64,000 nt of DNA from Octopus sinensis (GCF_006345805.1 NC_043002.1:94116001-94180000), one strand, 5' to 3'; counted from the first letter of the stretch, positions 50,521-63,781 are shown. Notes: generated by a model from the sequence alone, not told the origin. A program made the numbers and translations.

Positions 50521-51722
50521 AGGAGTCTTCTACTCTATTTATAAAATCAACAGAAAATTTGATTAATGTAATGAATATCTGGGTCAGATATAGTGCATCC
50601 ATTGTCAAATGGACTAAGGAGGAAATATCAACACTGGACAGAAGGACGAGAAAGTTGATGACGCTCCATGGGGCGCTACACCCTAAAGCAAACGTAAACA
50701 TACTGTATATGAAAAGAAAGAATGGTGGCAGAGGACTAATTAGTAGAGACTATTGTATAAGGAGTGAAAAGAGAACGCTTACTGAGTATTTGATAAATAG
50801 TGATGGAGACCTGCTATAATATGCTGCGAAATATATGGGTGTAAATGCAGATGAAATGATGGGCAAGGAAGAGTTTAACTAAAAGAGCTGAGAAGAGAAA
50901 AGAAGACATTGAAATGAGAATGCATGGACAGTTTGAAAGGAATACACAGGACGTTATGTATAATACAGTATCGCGGGAATGGCTTGAGCGACGTCATTTG
51001 AAGTGTATCACCGAAAACCTGATCATTGCTGCACAAGACCAGGCTCTCGCTACCAATCTATAAAACTTCTGACCCAGAAATGCAGACTCTGTGGAAAGAG
51101 TGTGAAAAATGTGACCGAATTGGTCAGTGGATGTGAGAGCCTTGCATAAAAAGAATACAAGCGCCGCCACGATAAAGTGTGTGTGTGTATCTCCATTGGC
51201 TCTTATGCAGTAAAAACCAATATGAAGTAACAGAGAACTGGTACCAAGTAAAGTTATGCAAGAGGATGGAAAAGTAACGATACTCTGGGGCTATGACTTT
51301 CAGACGGATCGTGTAATCTAACACCGTTGGCCGGATATTGTCATACTGAATAAGAGATATAAATACTGTCAGATCATTGATGTAGCCATACCAAATGACA
51401 TGAATGTTGTGAGTAAAGAGGTTGAAAAAAAATCACCAAGTACTCCGAATTGAAGGTACAAATGGCAAGACTGTATGGAATGCGAGAAGGTAATGTAAAA
51501 GTGATACCAGTGGTGATCGGAGCGTTGGGCTTAATCCCATTGAAACTTCAAGACTTCTTAAAGTAACTGGAAATCCCATGCAAGATAGATGTCTTGCAAA
51601 AAGCAGCCTCATTAGGCACAGCGCAAATTTTAAGGAAAGTATTATCTGTCTGAGGTCCTTGTTGTGACTTGACAGATGACTAAAGACTCCAGTGCATTTT
51701 TACCTACACTGTGTTACGAAAG
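50521..51722 (+). mobile_element. R4/Dong-like retrotransposon 3' part B
   Basis: LDRRTRKLMTLHGALHPKA..LYMKRKNGGRGL, CRLCGK..ENVTELVSGC..A.KEYKRRHDK, RWPDIVI..CQIIDVAIP and IPVVIGALG..LQKAASLGTAQILRKVL; ends in (TAA)n. Confidence 0.9.
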
Positions 51723-51773
51723 AATAATAATAATAATAATGATAATAATAATATAATAATAATAATAATAATA

Positions 51774-51814
<41 letters not shown>

Positions 51815-51831
51815 AATAATAATAACAATAC

Positions 51832-51896
<65 letters not shown>

Positions 51897-51897
51897 G

Positions 51898-52246
51898 GAT
51901 CTGGAAATCGAAATACAAAAGATGTGGAATCTTAAAACAAAAACTGTTCCTGTTATTGTAGGTGCCCTAGGTATGATAAAAAGGGATGTCAGAAACACCT
52001 AGACAATATCCCTGGAGAACCATGTCTCAAGGAAATCCAAAAGATTATGCTAACAAGTACTGCCCACATCCTTAGAAAAACCCTATCAATGTAAATGTTT
52101 GTGTTGTATTACATGGAGATATTTCTCTACTTCCCCTCCCCAAGCTTTCAGCTATATTTCGACAAGTCTTAACCTTCACTTGCCCTAGGGCGCTGGGTGT
52201 GCCCCGGCAAGTGATTGCATCAAACATGCAGATTAAAAGTAAATGA
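51898..52246 (+). mobile_element. R4/Dong-like 3' fragment C inside the same (TAA)n array
   Basis: KDLEIEIQKMWNLKTKTVPVIVGALGMI..EIQKIMLTSTAHILRK; (TAA)n on both sides. Confidence 0.85.
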
Positions 52247-52462
52247 CAATAATAATAATAATAATAATGATAATAATAATAATAATAAAAGAGTGAATAA
52301 CTGGAAATATCTTGTTCTTTGTCATATTAAGATTTAATCTAAATGCTGATTTCAAAAATTGATTACAACACTTCCTTTTCTCACAATATTCTCCAAATAT
52401 AATTTTCAAAACTGTTGATACATCTGTTCTGTGAATGTATTTAAATACATACATACGTACAT

Positions 52463-52512
<50 letters not shown>

Positions 52513-52594
52513 GCATACATTCATACATACATGTATGTATGTATATATATATATATATATATATATACATACATACATATATATACATACATAC

Positions 52595-52651
<57 letters not shown>

Positions 52652-52660
52652 ATATATATA

Positions 52661-52893
52661 TATGCGCAGCAAGTATAGATGGGCTGGACACACGTAGTTG
52701 TCGAGTGGTACCCGCGTGAGCGGAAAAGACCACCCGGAAGACCTCCACGACGGTGGAGTTACGATTTCAAGAGGATGATTGGGATCACGTGGATGAGAAA
52801 GGCGCGATCCAGAGAGGAGTGGACAGCGTGCTGTGACCAGCGGTGTCAAATGGACGCCTGACGGACTGGTCGGTCAAGGTGATCAAGGTGATA
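52661..52893 (+). mobile_element. RTE LINE extreme 3' end
   Basis: [27 protein letters not shown] and WMRKARSREEW; tail TCAAGGTGA repeated. Confidence 0.8.
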
Positions 52894-52950
52894 TATATGC
52901 ATATATATATATATATGTATATACATACATACATACATACATACATACAT

Positions 52951-52989
<39 letters not shown>

Positions 52990-55479
52990 CAGAAATGAAA
53001 GAAACAGACATATTTTAAATTTATATGGAGTGAAAGATCTGCCAAAATGGTCGCCTATATAATATTCCCTCTTACAAAAGAAACCTCTTCAGACACAGTA
53101 CTCACAATAGTAATGATAGAACAGGGCATTTTCTCTTTTACCTTTTTTTTACTGCTGCCTAAAATTCACAGTTTATCAAATCTAACATGCGACTTGGAAG
53201 ATCTCAGAACGGAAATTAGTTGAAACGTTTGTGTCTCAATGTGCATATGTCAACGATTCTGGATTCAACTTTGATCTGCAGATATTTTAGAAGTGGAAAA
53301 AAATAATAATAAACAAAAAAAATGTATGCAAATGAAAGCAGCAACCGAAATAGATTCATAAAGTTTGTAAATTTGAACAAAATTTCCTTTTAAAGTGAAA
53401 TGTAAACTGGATCAATGTAAAATTGTAATTTTAAAGTTCTTCGTTAGACGAGATACATGTAAATACGCACTCAAATTGTATTGAATATCTTTAAAATAAA
53501 GGGTGAACTCTTAAAAGGCTAAATCTGCAAATCGGTTTTGATTCATCTAGAAACCAATTTACTTTTAACGCTAACATCCGTGTAAAATCTACGGCTTTTG
53601 TAGCTTGTATTTATCTCTATTTTTTTTTTAATGCTGAAATTTTGTTCATAGAAAAATATATGCTTCCATCTACAGGTGGTAGACTTGTATGGTATGCATA
53701 CATGCATACATACATAAACACACAAGCAAACACATATTTATGTAACCTTCAAACGTATGGTGAATAATTAAGGAAACATTAAAATTCTATTTTTCTGTTT
53801 TTAAAGGAAAATGAAGGACTTCATCATAAACTAACCATTTTTATGTGGAAGGAAGACGAAACGTGCATTTACATAATAAAGAATATAATGTGCGTTATAC
53901 ATTCTTACTGAAGTGTAATACTTTTGCAGAACTTTCAGAATTAATTATGGTAAGTGCTTATGCTATTTAGCCACTTTCTTGTAATACCATTATTTGAAAT
54001 TACTTTAAGTGAGTTCTGTTCTTAAATATATAACAGTAACTATTCTAAGATGTTCCGAATAGAACGTCAGGTATCTGTAAATGTATGTCTTTTACGGTCA
54101 AATAAATATTTATATAACCATATATTGCTGCTCCTTTTATTTGTGAACATTGTAAAGTAATTGGTAATATCACAACGGGTTGGGTTCAGTTAACAGGTGA
54201 AGTGATGATTTGGTTTGACTAATACTATTTCAGTTGTTGCTCAACGTTAACATTCCAGAGTAAATCATCCATGTGTATCATTTCCTTTCTCTCTCCATAA
54301 AGTCTGGAATATTACGGCGAATCAGGAAATATTATTTTCTCAAGAATTATTCAATTTCTTCTTTTTGTTATTGGTTTTGTTGTTTAACTCCGATCATATT
54401 TGATTAAGCAGATTTATAATCAAAAGCTTTCTAGCTTTGATGTACCCATCTTATTTTCAGATTTAGTATATCTTGGAATACACTAGCTAATGTGTCCTTC
54501 CATCTTAAGACTGTAGGGGTGATTGTGGAAGATTTGGCTGATATTTCTAGCAGTCGAACGACTGACTATAGATCTCCCAACGTGTATCTGATTCCTTCTT
54601 TAATCAATGGCCTAAAAAAGAAAGCGTTGAAGAAATGTTTAGGAGCAAAATTAGGTTTAAATACGATAGTAGCTTTCTTCCGAGTATTTTGAAAACGTAC
54701 ATGTCTGAGAATCCTGAATACAATCGCTATTGTCTAGCGTTGCTGTGGACCCTCAACTTCTTGACAAAGTTATAGGTGCGCTATCTTGACATACATTGAT
54801 CCTTATGCATTTTGAAACATGGCGGAGCCCTTCCTTTCCTCGGACCGTTACCAATTTCTTCTTCAAAGATTCTTGTAGAAGATTGGTGGTACTTTATTTA
54901 TCGAATGCGTGGAGAAGTTGACCTCGGCAGAATTTAAAGTCTCTCTGAACTTAAGAGTGCCCGACGATTGCTCCCAGTCGATCTATCGGATATGTTTACG
55001 GCTCTGCTAACTGGCCACCTATAAGAGTAGTCGGTATTAATAGAACTATTGATCACGTGTGTCTGTTTTCTATTTCATGTCAAATTGTACTGTATATGTT
55101 CAAACTCCCAATAGAGATCAATCCTCAATAAGAGAGAGGCTTTCAGCCTTAATAGTCACCAGAGATGGGCATCATTATCAAAAGAATGCCAAACTACAGG
55201 AGACCATAGTAAATTATAGATATCGTTAATATATTTCAATGGCAAGAGCCTTCCACGTTCATCTACCCGCGCCAGTGTAGATGTCTAATTATAAATTGAT
55301 CGAAAACTCTTTTCTTTATTAGGCATAAAGCCCTAAATATAAAGGGGGACACTACGAGGACAGACAACACAAACATTGGGTACATATAAAAATTAGCGAA
55401 TGATTTATAAGATGTAAAAATAAAACATAATGGTAAATGAAAATGGCTTTCTACCCTACCAAGTTGAAAGTTGCGTTTT

Positions 55480-56120
55480 ACTGCTTTTAATGTTCAGTTT
55501 GTACTGTTCATTTCATATATTTTTACTGTTCAGTTTGTACTGTTCATTTCATATATTTTTTACTGTTCAGTTTGTACTGTTCATTTCATATATTTTTTAC
55601 TGTTCAGTTTGTACTGTTCATTTCATATATTTTTTACTGTTCAGTTTGTACTGTTCATTTCATATATTTTTACTGTTCAGTTTGTACTGTTCATTTCATA
55701 TAATTTTTACTGTTCAGTTTGTACTGTTCATTTCATATATTTTTACTGTTCAGTTTGTACTGTTCATTTCATATATTTTTTACTGTTCAGTTTGTACTGT
55801 TCATTTCATATATTTTTTACGGTTCAGTTTGTACTGTTCATTTCATATATATTTTACTGTTCAGTTTGTACTGTTCATTTCATATATTTTTTACTGTTCA
55901 GTTTGTACTGTTCATTTCATATATTTTTACTGTTCAGTTTGTACTGTTCATTTCATATATTTTTTACTGTTCAGTTTGTACTGTTCATTTCATATATTTT
56001 TACTGTTCAGTTTGTACTGTTCATTTCATATATTTTTACTGTTCAGTTTGTACTGTTCATTTCATATATTTTTACTGTTCAGTTTGTACTGTTCATTTCA
56101 TATATTTTTTACTGTTCAGC
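55480..56120. repeat. 36-37-bp minisatellite (TTTTACTGTTCAGTTTGTACTGTTCATTTCATATAT) x ~17
   Basis: Near-perfect units differing mainly in T-run length; no spacers. Confidence 0.95.
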
Positions 56121-56138
56121 TTGTATCTCTTTTTTTTT

Positions 56139-56958
56139 CTATATCAAAAGACTTACCATCTCCTCAAAAGTTATCACAGGTGGTAATTCGTCGAATCGGA
56201 CCCATATTGCTGTATTCTCTATCCTACTTCCGAATGTCTCTTTCAGTCTGGCTGCTTTTTCATCCTCTAATAAAATTGCTTTCTTGTTTCGATTCTCCTC
56301 TTTATCTGCAAGTTTCACTCTGATAACTCCCTTCATTCTTGCTATCCGTTTTTCAATTTCTACGCTTTTCTCGCATCTCACATATATTCTGTCGTATTTT
56401 CCTTTACGTGGCCTTCTTTCAACATTCTCTGTCATTATTGCGGATTCTGTTATCGGTACTTCCAATGACTTCCGTTCTTCGTCAAACCTTACTTGTTGAC
56501 AGCTTCGGCCTTCTTTCAACATTCTCTGACATTATTGCTGTTGTTTCTAGCAGATCTACCAGTTCTTCTAGCCCTTCCTCCTCCTTACTTGTTGACGGCT
56601 CCGGCCCTTGTATTTGTTCTATCGTTGCTTCAACTTTTCTTTTTCCCTTTGTTTCTGATTTCCTTTTCTTTTTTGGTGAAGACTCACTATTTTTTCTCTT
56701 GTCGTCCTCGAACAACTCTACTTCTTTCTCCGCTATTTCATTTACATACTCCAACCTCTCTTCCTCCACCACCTATTGTCCATGTTTCTGGGGACACCTT
56801 GCCTTTACGTGCCCCCTTACTTTACATTGAAAGCATATTGGTGGTCTCCCCTCTACCATGACTCTCAGTCTGGTCTCGTCGGGTAATATCTCCTCTGTCA
56901 TCTTGTGGATCGAAAACTGCTTCATGCATACCATACAGGCACGCACATACCCATACAT
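56139..56958 (-). pseudogene. Gag-like/LINE ORF1-like zinc-knuckle coding remnant
   Basis: RPPICFQCKVRGHVKARCP is CX2CX4HX4C, preceded by RLRVMVEG as in L1/Tx1 ORF1; frameshifted; internal duplication AIM(S/T)ENVERRP. Confidence 0.7.
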
Positions 56959-56964
56959 ATATAG

Positions 56965-57011
<47 letters not shown>

Positions 57012-57309
57012 AAAGGAAAGAGAGGAATCTGCGAGTTTGGAGGAGTTCATTCTTATGTCGTGGTGAAAAAAAAATGGAGTTCGATGTTTCAAGTTTATAG
57101 TTGCCTTGTTATCTCTAAACGTTTACATCACTGGCATGCTTTCATTATTTAACAAAGAGCAACGTCTGTAGGGACATTCTAAGAAACTCCTTAGATTTTT
57201 ATGTATATAATCCATGACATCATTCTAATATATCACGTTAGCCAAACTTTTAAATTGTTGAATTATGGTGCATGCCATTTCAATATAGCCTATGCCAAAT
57301 GCTTTATAT

Positions 57310-57539
57310 ATTTCTTTACTACCCACAAGGGGTTAAACACAGAGGGGACAAACAAGGACACACACACGGATTAAGTCGATTACATCAACCCCAGTGCGTT
57401 ACTGGTATTTAATTTATCGACCCCGAAAGGATGAAAGGCAAAGTCGACCTCGGCGGAATTTGAACTCAGAACGTAACGGCAGATGAAATACGGCTACGCA
57501 TATCGCCCGGCGTGCTAACGTTTCTGCCAGCTCGCCGCA
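57310..57539 (-). mobile_element. SINE family A
   Basis: Consensus match. Confidence 0.88.
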
Positions 57540-58047
57540 TGCCAAATGCTTTATAATCGCCGAAAGGTTGGGTGTGGTTGTATAGCTTGAAATTTCGTTA
57601 CGCAGCTACTAGTTTCAGGTTCAATCTCACAGTGCGGTGCCTTGGAAAAGTGTTTTTCGATCATAGTTTCATGTCGATAAAAGCCTGGTAATTAAAATTG
57701 GTTAAACAGAAGCAGAATGAAGGCAGGTGAAAAGATAGTTTCTCTTTTTTGTTTAACAAACTCAACCCATCGCTTGGTTTGTCACGAAGAGAATCTTTGA
57801 AGTATTCTTCCTCATGCGCTTTGAAAATTGTCTTGTACCACGTCGTATGATTATGCATGCGTTATGCATTGTGTGTTTCAATATATGAATGTATCTGTGT
57901 GTGTGTGTGTGTGTGTGCGTGTGTGTGTGTGTATTTGTGCGTGTCTTGCAAAGTTGATGTAATTCTGAGTGAATTATAAAACATTTGTAGCTTCTACGGG
58001 AGTAGTAAAAATATTCTTACCTCTTACATTTCCATGTTTTATTTGAT

Positions 58048-58049
<2 letters not shown>

Positions 58050-58100
<51 letters not shown>

Positions 58101-58261
58101 ATCTATCTATCTATCTATCGATCGATCGATCTGTCCGTCCGTCCGTCTATCCATCGGTCAGTCGGTGTGTGTGTATCTATTTAGCTATGTAACTATGTAT
58201 GTATGTATGTATGTATGTATGTATGTATGTATGTATGTATGTATGTATGTATGTATGTATG

Positions 58262-58335
<74 letters not shown>
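58050..58335. repeat. (CTAT)n/(TATG)n compound microsatellite
   Basis: Read directly. Confidence 0.95.
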
Positions 58336-58938
58336 AATGCTTTAAATAGACAACTTGGAAAATTCCCGTGAGTAAACGTCTTGAACAGTGTTCCACGAAT
58401 AAACAATCAAAATACCAAAATTTTCCTCTATATCAATGCATCGGAAACACTTCAGCCTAATACAGTTGAAATAAGGAAAATATGTCTACTAAGAAATATC
58501 AATCATAACTAAATATTCTATATTAGATTGAAAATCTCAATTTATTCGCTAAAATCGACTAGAAACAATCAAAAGTTGAAATAACTGGCTTCCTCTAGGA
58601 TTAAAAACTATAACATCAAACAACTTACACCACAAGTTGCTGACGTTGCCTTAGGCTTAACTACTTAGAATCTTTTTTTACTAGTGAAAACCGGACGCTC
58701 AGAAAAAAATGAAACAAACATTCAGCTGACTGAGACAAGAATCGTCGGTTGACTTCCTGATCACGTCATTTATTTATTGACTGTTTTGATTACTTGTTTT
58801 TTGACAAGTAGAAATCCCGTACTCTGATTGGTTGATTTCCTGCATAGGTCATTCGTTTGCCAAAGGTTTTGGGAACTTGTTCTTTGTCTGACGGTCGTCC
58901 AACTTTTCGGTAGGCTGATTCCCTGAAGAAGATACTTG

Positions 58939-59407
58939 GGATCTTTTCGGTTTGAACGGCAGTTTTTTCTAGCGGTGTCATATGAAATTGTCACCCATAA
59001 TTATGACCCTAGTATCGATCTATTGCATTTCAATCTGTTTTAGGGTTAGGGTTAGTTAGGGTTAGTTAGGGTTAGGGTTAGGGTTATGGTTATGGTTATG
59101 GTTAGGGGTGGGAGGAAGGGTATCTTTTTTTCTTCACAATGTAAATAAAGCCAATCTATTTCTTAAACGAGGGACATATTCATACGGCACAGAATGATTT
59201 TTTTACCTCAAATACGTCATTGATTGGTTGAAATTGCAGAAATTGAAGAAAAGAAAAACAACAAATATCTTACAAACTATAGAATTTTCTCAATAAAGCC
59301 AAGAAAAAAAGATGTTTTATAAACACATTCTACCAGTATACGAAGTTTAACATTTTTTAGTTACCTAGAAATTATGTTAAAAACTGCCGTACAAACCGAA
59401 AAGATCC
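58939..59407 (-). mobile_element. TTAGGG-bearing MITE, copy 5 (reverse orientation)
   Basis: Both TIRs present; longest telomere-like tract (TTAGGG/TTAG/TTATGG, ~59040-59107); flanks GATACTTG and GAATATTT do not match. Confidence 0.9.
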
Positions 59408-59519
59408 GAATATTTATATATCGGGAGCTTTTATGCAGCTTCTATGAGCAGGGGTGAAATTTAGAGAATTTACTGATAACAGCGAAAGCCTCCTAGGAGT
59501 TTATTCATATATTCGTATA

Positions 59520-59700
59520 CAGTAATCCCTCGACTATCGCGGGTGTAGGGACAATACTGTATTGTATATTAAAAAAAAATATTTTTATAGTTTGTATATA
59601 TTCATTTTATTATAACTGCAAAACAGCACCACGGAGGAATCGACGTAAGCTTAAATAATAAACCGCAATAGGTGAACCGCGATATGGCGAAGGATTTTAA
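59520..59700. mobile_element. Tigger/pogo-type MITE
   Basis: TA|CAGTAATCCCTCGACTATCGCGG left end; degenerate right end CCGCGATATGGCGAAGGATT. Confidence 0.6.
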
Positions 59701-60799
59701 TCCTGAAACTGCTAGTCAAATAACCAGAATTAAAAACTCTAAGTGAATCATTTTGTGTAGTGTAATTTTATCTCTTGATGTTAATAGTGAGTTCGAGTGT
59801 TCCACTAAGTATATTTAGAACAGAAAACAAAAGATGAGAGGATAGTTTTTAAGATGTTTAATTGCAATATCTTACACAAGTTTCATTAGCATAAGGTGAT
59901 TACTGGTTACTTAAAGCAAAATTACATATTACGCAACCCACATTGGCTGTTAAATCGGGAGAGACGTTCAGTTTGTAAACGTAATAGTGCTGGAGAGAAG
60001 ATGTGACAGGAGTAGTAACCTTCGGTGAGATGGCTCACAACTTTTCACAGGAAAGACCATGGTAAAGCAGATATGACAAAGTGTGTTATATTCATGTCTT
60101 TGAAATAGATGTGGTAGTTTTCTTAGCGACTGTTAAATTGTTTCTTCCTCACGGTTGTTTTCCTATGAGGCACGTTAAAGCGAGACTACCATAAAATTTG
60201 GCTATGTCGGTTACAAGTTGTCAGTTCAACAATGTGTAATAAAGATATCTATCCCAACAGATGTAAACTTACACATATAACATACATATACACACATCTA
60301 GACAAAAGCTTCCACACAGAGCGACTGTCTTCCTTTCTCTCCCTTTCTCTTTCCCCCTTCTCTCTCTCTCGCACACACACACAAACAAACACATGTCCAT
60401 GAGAATAGTTAGGATGAAATAATGAAACCGTCGCTAAGAAAGCGACCACATCTATTTCTAAAGATGTGTCGATAAACACTCTTACCCATTTCTGCTTCAC
60501 CATGTCCTATCCCGCGTAAATCGAGTCTTTTTTTATTTCTGATAGCAAAATAACAAACTTTCACTATCTTTTCACTACAGTCGCGGGCCATCTCTGACAT
60601 GAAGCTCCAATTGTAATGATTTTTATTCTTGTTACTTAACATTCTGTTAACCATAAACGAACATACTTATGATAGAAAGTATTCCATCCATGCTGATATC
60701 GTCTATAATGGAACCAATATTGCCAGTAAATCCGTGCTGTTTATATATCGATTTCAAATTTTGGTACAAGATCAGAAGTTTTAGGGAAGAAGGCAAGTC

Positions 60800-60960
60800 G
60801 ATGACGTCGACCAAGTGCTTAGCTGGTACTTACTTTATCGATCCTGAAAGATGAAAAGCAAAGTCGACCTCATCGGAATTTGAACTCAGAACGTAACGTC
60901 GGACGAATGCCGCTAGGCATTTTGCCCGACATTGCTAACGATTCTGCTAGCACGCCACCT
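60800..60960 (-). mobile_element. SINE family A, diverged
   Basis: Consensus blocks; lies just downstream of the Ly6-like exon. Confidence 0.75.
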
Positions 60961-61024
60961 TCCGTAGTGTATATATATTAAATGCAAGAACGTAACAGAC
61001 AAGTGTGAACAACGATTGTATTGT

Positions 61025-61242
61025 TTAAGCATTTATTAAAATTATAGTTAAGAAAATCAAGACAAACGATGCGCAGTGCTGTGATGAACCACCTCGTAGT
61101 TTTAATCCTTCTCCATTGCAGCCATCCGCGTCACAGGTTCGAATGCAAGATGTTTTTTTACGACTAGCAGTCACATTTTTCACAATGCATTTTTCTTCCA
61201 CGTACATCGAAATACAATCTCTTGCAAAACGAAGCTGCATAC
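61025..61242 (-). CDS. Terminal exon of a Ly6/uPAR (three-finger, quiver/sleepless-like) GPI-anchored protein
   Basis: Polypyrimidine acceptor TTTATTTCTTTTCAAG at 61243, phase 1; encodes MQLRFARDC-x8-C-x13-CIRTCDADGCN (canonical CxxxxCN end of an LU domain), a G/S spacer and a hydrophobic tail FVLIFLTIILINA before the stop; no repeat homology seen. Confidence 0.72.
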
Positions 61243-62165
61243 CTTGAAAAGAAATAAAGCAACACTTAATTAAATGAATAATACTTCAAACATGTTTAAC
61301 TCTAGCATGAATCTTTTGTTGCCGAGATTGTCAACTATAAAACAACAAATGAAAATCTTCCAGCGAGGCTCATCTCATCACTTAATTTTTTTTTTGCAAA
61401 CGATATTATTTAATGTTTCCTTTTTATTTAAAAGCAATTACTAGATTTATAGCCACAAAATCAAAACGAAAGTTGCGTGGTGCTGTCATTCGAAGGAGAG
61501 TGATTTGGTTGTTAATTCTATCGGAGTGAGAGACCATAGAGGCGTCCTGTCATTGGCTCAACTTTAAAAATGGTGTGGGACTTAAATCACATGACTGATT
61601 ATAAATTGCTAAAAAGCGAATCGAAATTGGTTGAAGAAATCATGTCACAGGGAATTTGTTTCAAATGTATTAATTAAAGAATCTTAAGTTATACTTGCCA
61701 AGGCACGCGAATTATATTTTTAGGGGAGAAAAAGAATGGAGTGTCGTACCATTCATGTTTTTTTACTTGGGTAAGTAAGGTAAGTGAAGTGAAATAACTT
61801 CAACGAGAAATTGAACCTGCCTCGCTGTTTCATTAGACCAAGAACTTATTATTTATTCTACAGTGGTGGGCACAACAGACCGAAAAAACAATATGTCATC
61901 GGTTCGTATTGTGCTCGGCGTTGTGCTCTGTCCATCAATGGTCAAGATTGATGGATCTAAATGCAGTGTAGCATTTTGCCTAACACAATCACAATTCAAA
62001 TAGTCTACTTCATTTAACGATATCATGGTTAATATATTATTAAATTGTATTATTTTGGTTCTTATCTTTAAAGAATAATTTAAAAATAGATTAGCACTAT
62101 AAACAAATTTGTGTTGCCGGAAGCAAAATAAAATAGAATGGTCTCCATTATCAGAAGGTTATATA

Positions 62166-62585
62166 AGGCAGTGAATTGGCAGAAACGTTAGCACGCCGGA
62201 CAAAATGTTCAGCGGCGTTTCACCCATCGCCGAGCCGACTTTGCCTTCTAACCTTTCAGAGTCGACGAAGTAAGTACCATTTGAGTATTGGGGTCGATGT
62301 AATCGTTAGCCCCATTCCCCCAAATTTCAGGCTTTGTGCCTATAGCAGAAGGGATTATCAAAAGGTTATAAGCATCAAGCTAGCAGAATCATTAGTACAC
62401 CGAACAAAATGCTTAACGGCATTTTTTCCGGCTTTTTACGTGCTGAATTAAAATTCCGCCGAGGTCGACTTTTCCTTTCATCCTTTCGGGGTCGATAAAA
62501 TACGTATCGGTTGTGCACTGGGATCGATGTAATCGGCTTACTCCTCGCTTATAACTGCTAGCCTTGTACCGAAATTTGAAACAAT
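62166..62585 (+). mobile_element. Two diverged SINE family A copies
   Basis: Heads at ~62166 and ~62375. Confidence 0.75.
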
Positions 62586-62835
62586 TAGAAAATTATACTC
62601 GAAATATATAAAAATGTTAGTTAACTAAAAAAAATAAAAATTATGGTAGTTTACAGAATTTATCTTTAGAAATTCAATAATTTAATATATTCTACCGGCC
62701 AACTGAGAGTGAACGAAAACAGTTATGCTGTTCAACAACCTGCTAGTTGAGGAACCATATCTCTATCTATACCCCATGACTAAGCTATATCTCCCATACT
62801 ACCCATTTCTCTCTACAATGTACTTCTCTCTACAA

Positions 62836-63364
62836 CAGGGGTGGGAAAACCCCTGCTTGCAGGCGCAATTGTGCCCGTGAGCCCATTTTATTGTGCCCGC
62901 GGGCTGGTATACTTGTATGTACAAAATATAGTAAATTTTTCAATTATAAAATTTATACAATATTCGTGTGTCTATTTGCGACAATAGGTCGTGCTTCCAC
63001 TACGACTTAAAACGGTTATACTCGAACTGAAAATCGTCCGGTAATTGCCATCTGAACGGAAATTTTGTTTTCACTATAAAACAAATATTGCGAGGTTTGT
63101 ACCACTCCCTTGAGACCCAATTACACTCTAGCTGAAAAATATGGAATACCTCATAATATAAACGTCCTAAATTCAGTAGTGGCGTTAATGAGAATGTTAC
63201 GCGTTAATTTAATGTCTTAAACTTAGCTTTATTAATGTGTCACGAATTATACATAGATATATACAAGATTCACACAGATATAAGAGTTAGAACTTGTGAT
63301 CCGCTCGCGGACCTTTTTCTTTGGAAATTTTTGCCCGCCGCACTAAAAGGTATCCTCACCCCTG
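62836..63364. mobile_element. hAT MITE (529 bp)
   Basis: Ends CAGGGGTG...CACCCCTG; perfect 8-bp TSD CTCTACAA (62828-62835, 63365-63372) resembling the NTCTAGAN target. Confidence 0.88.
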
Positions 63365-63703
63365 CTCTACAACATAGCTCTTACTACAATTTATATAGAA
63401 GCCATACCTCGCTAGTAAAAGGTATATTTCCGTTTACAACATACCCTTATCTACAATGTTCTGGTATAGATGAATACTTCCTCTCTACAATCAGCCTGTA
63501 TAGAAGCTGTCGATCGACATACTAGATAATACTCCAAACTCTCTCGACTCAAATCCAACCACTTGAGCAAAGCGCACATTGCATAATTTAATTCTGGATT
63601 CCATTCCCATAACATAAAAAGATGGGATGGTCGCGGATGGAATGCCTTTAAATCATAATTTTTGCTTCATCAGAACAACAACAGCAACAACAACAACAAC
63701 AAC

Positions 63704-63741
<38 letters not shown>

Positions 63742-63781
63742 TAGCAACAATGACAACAACGTGCTGGTATAATATATACAC

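Noticed and set aside
55430-56499. 297- and 342-aa ORFs, or a CRISPR array
   Set aside because: A head-to-tail 36-37-bp minisatellite with no unique spacers and no cas genes, in eukaryotic context.
60409-60654. Second Ly6-like exon (MARDC...C) with GTAAG donor
   Set aside because: Lacks the terminal CxxxxCN, and much of it is one arm of the diverged inverted repeat matching ~60057-60150.
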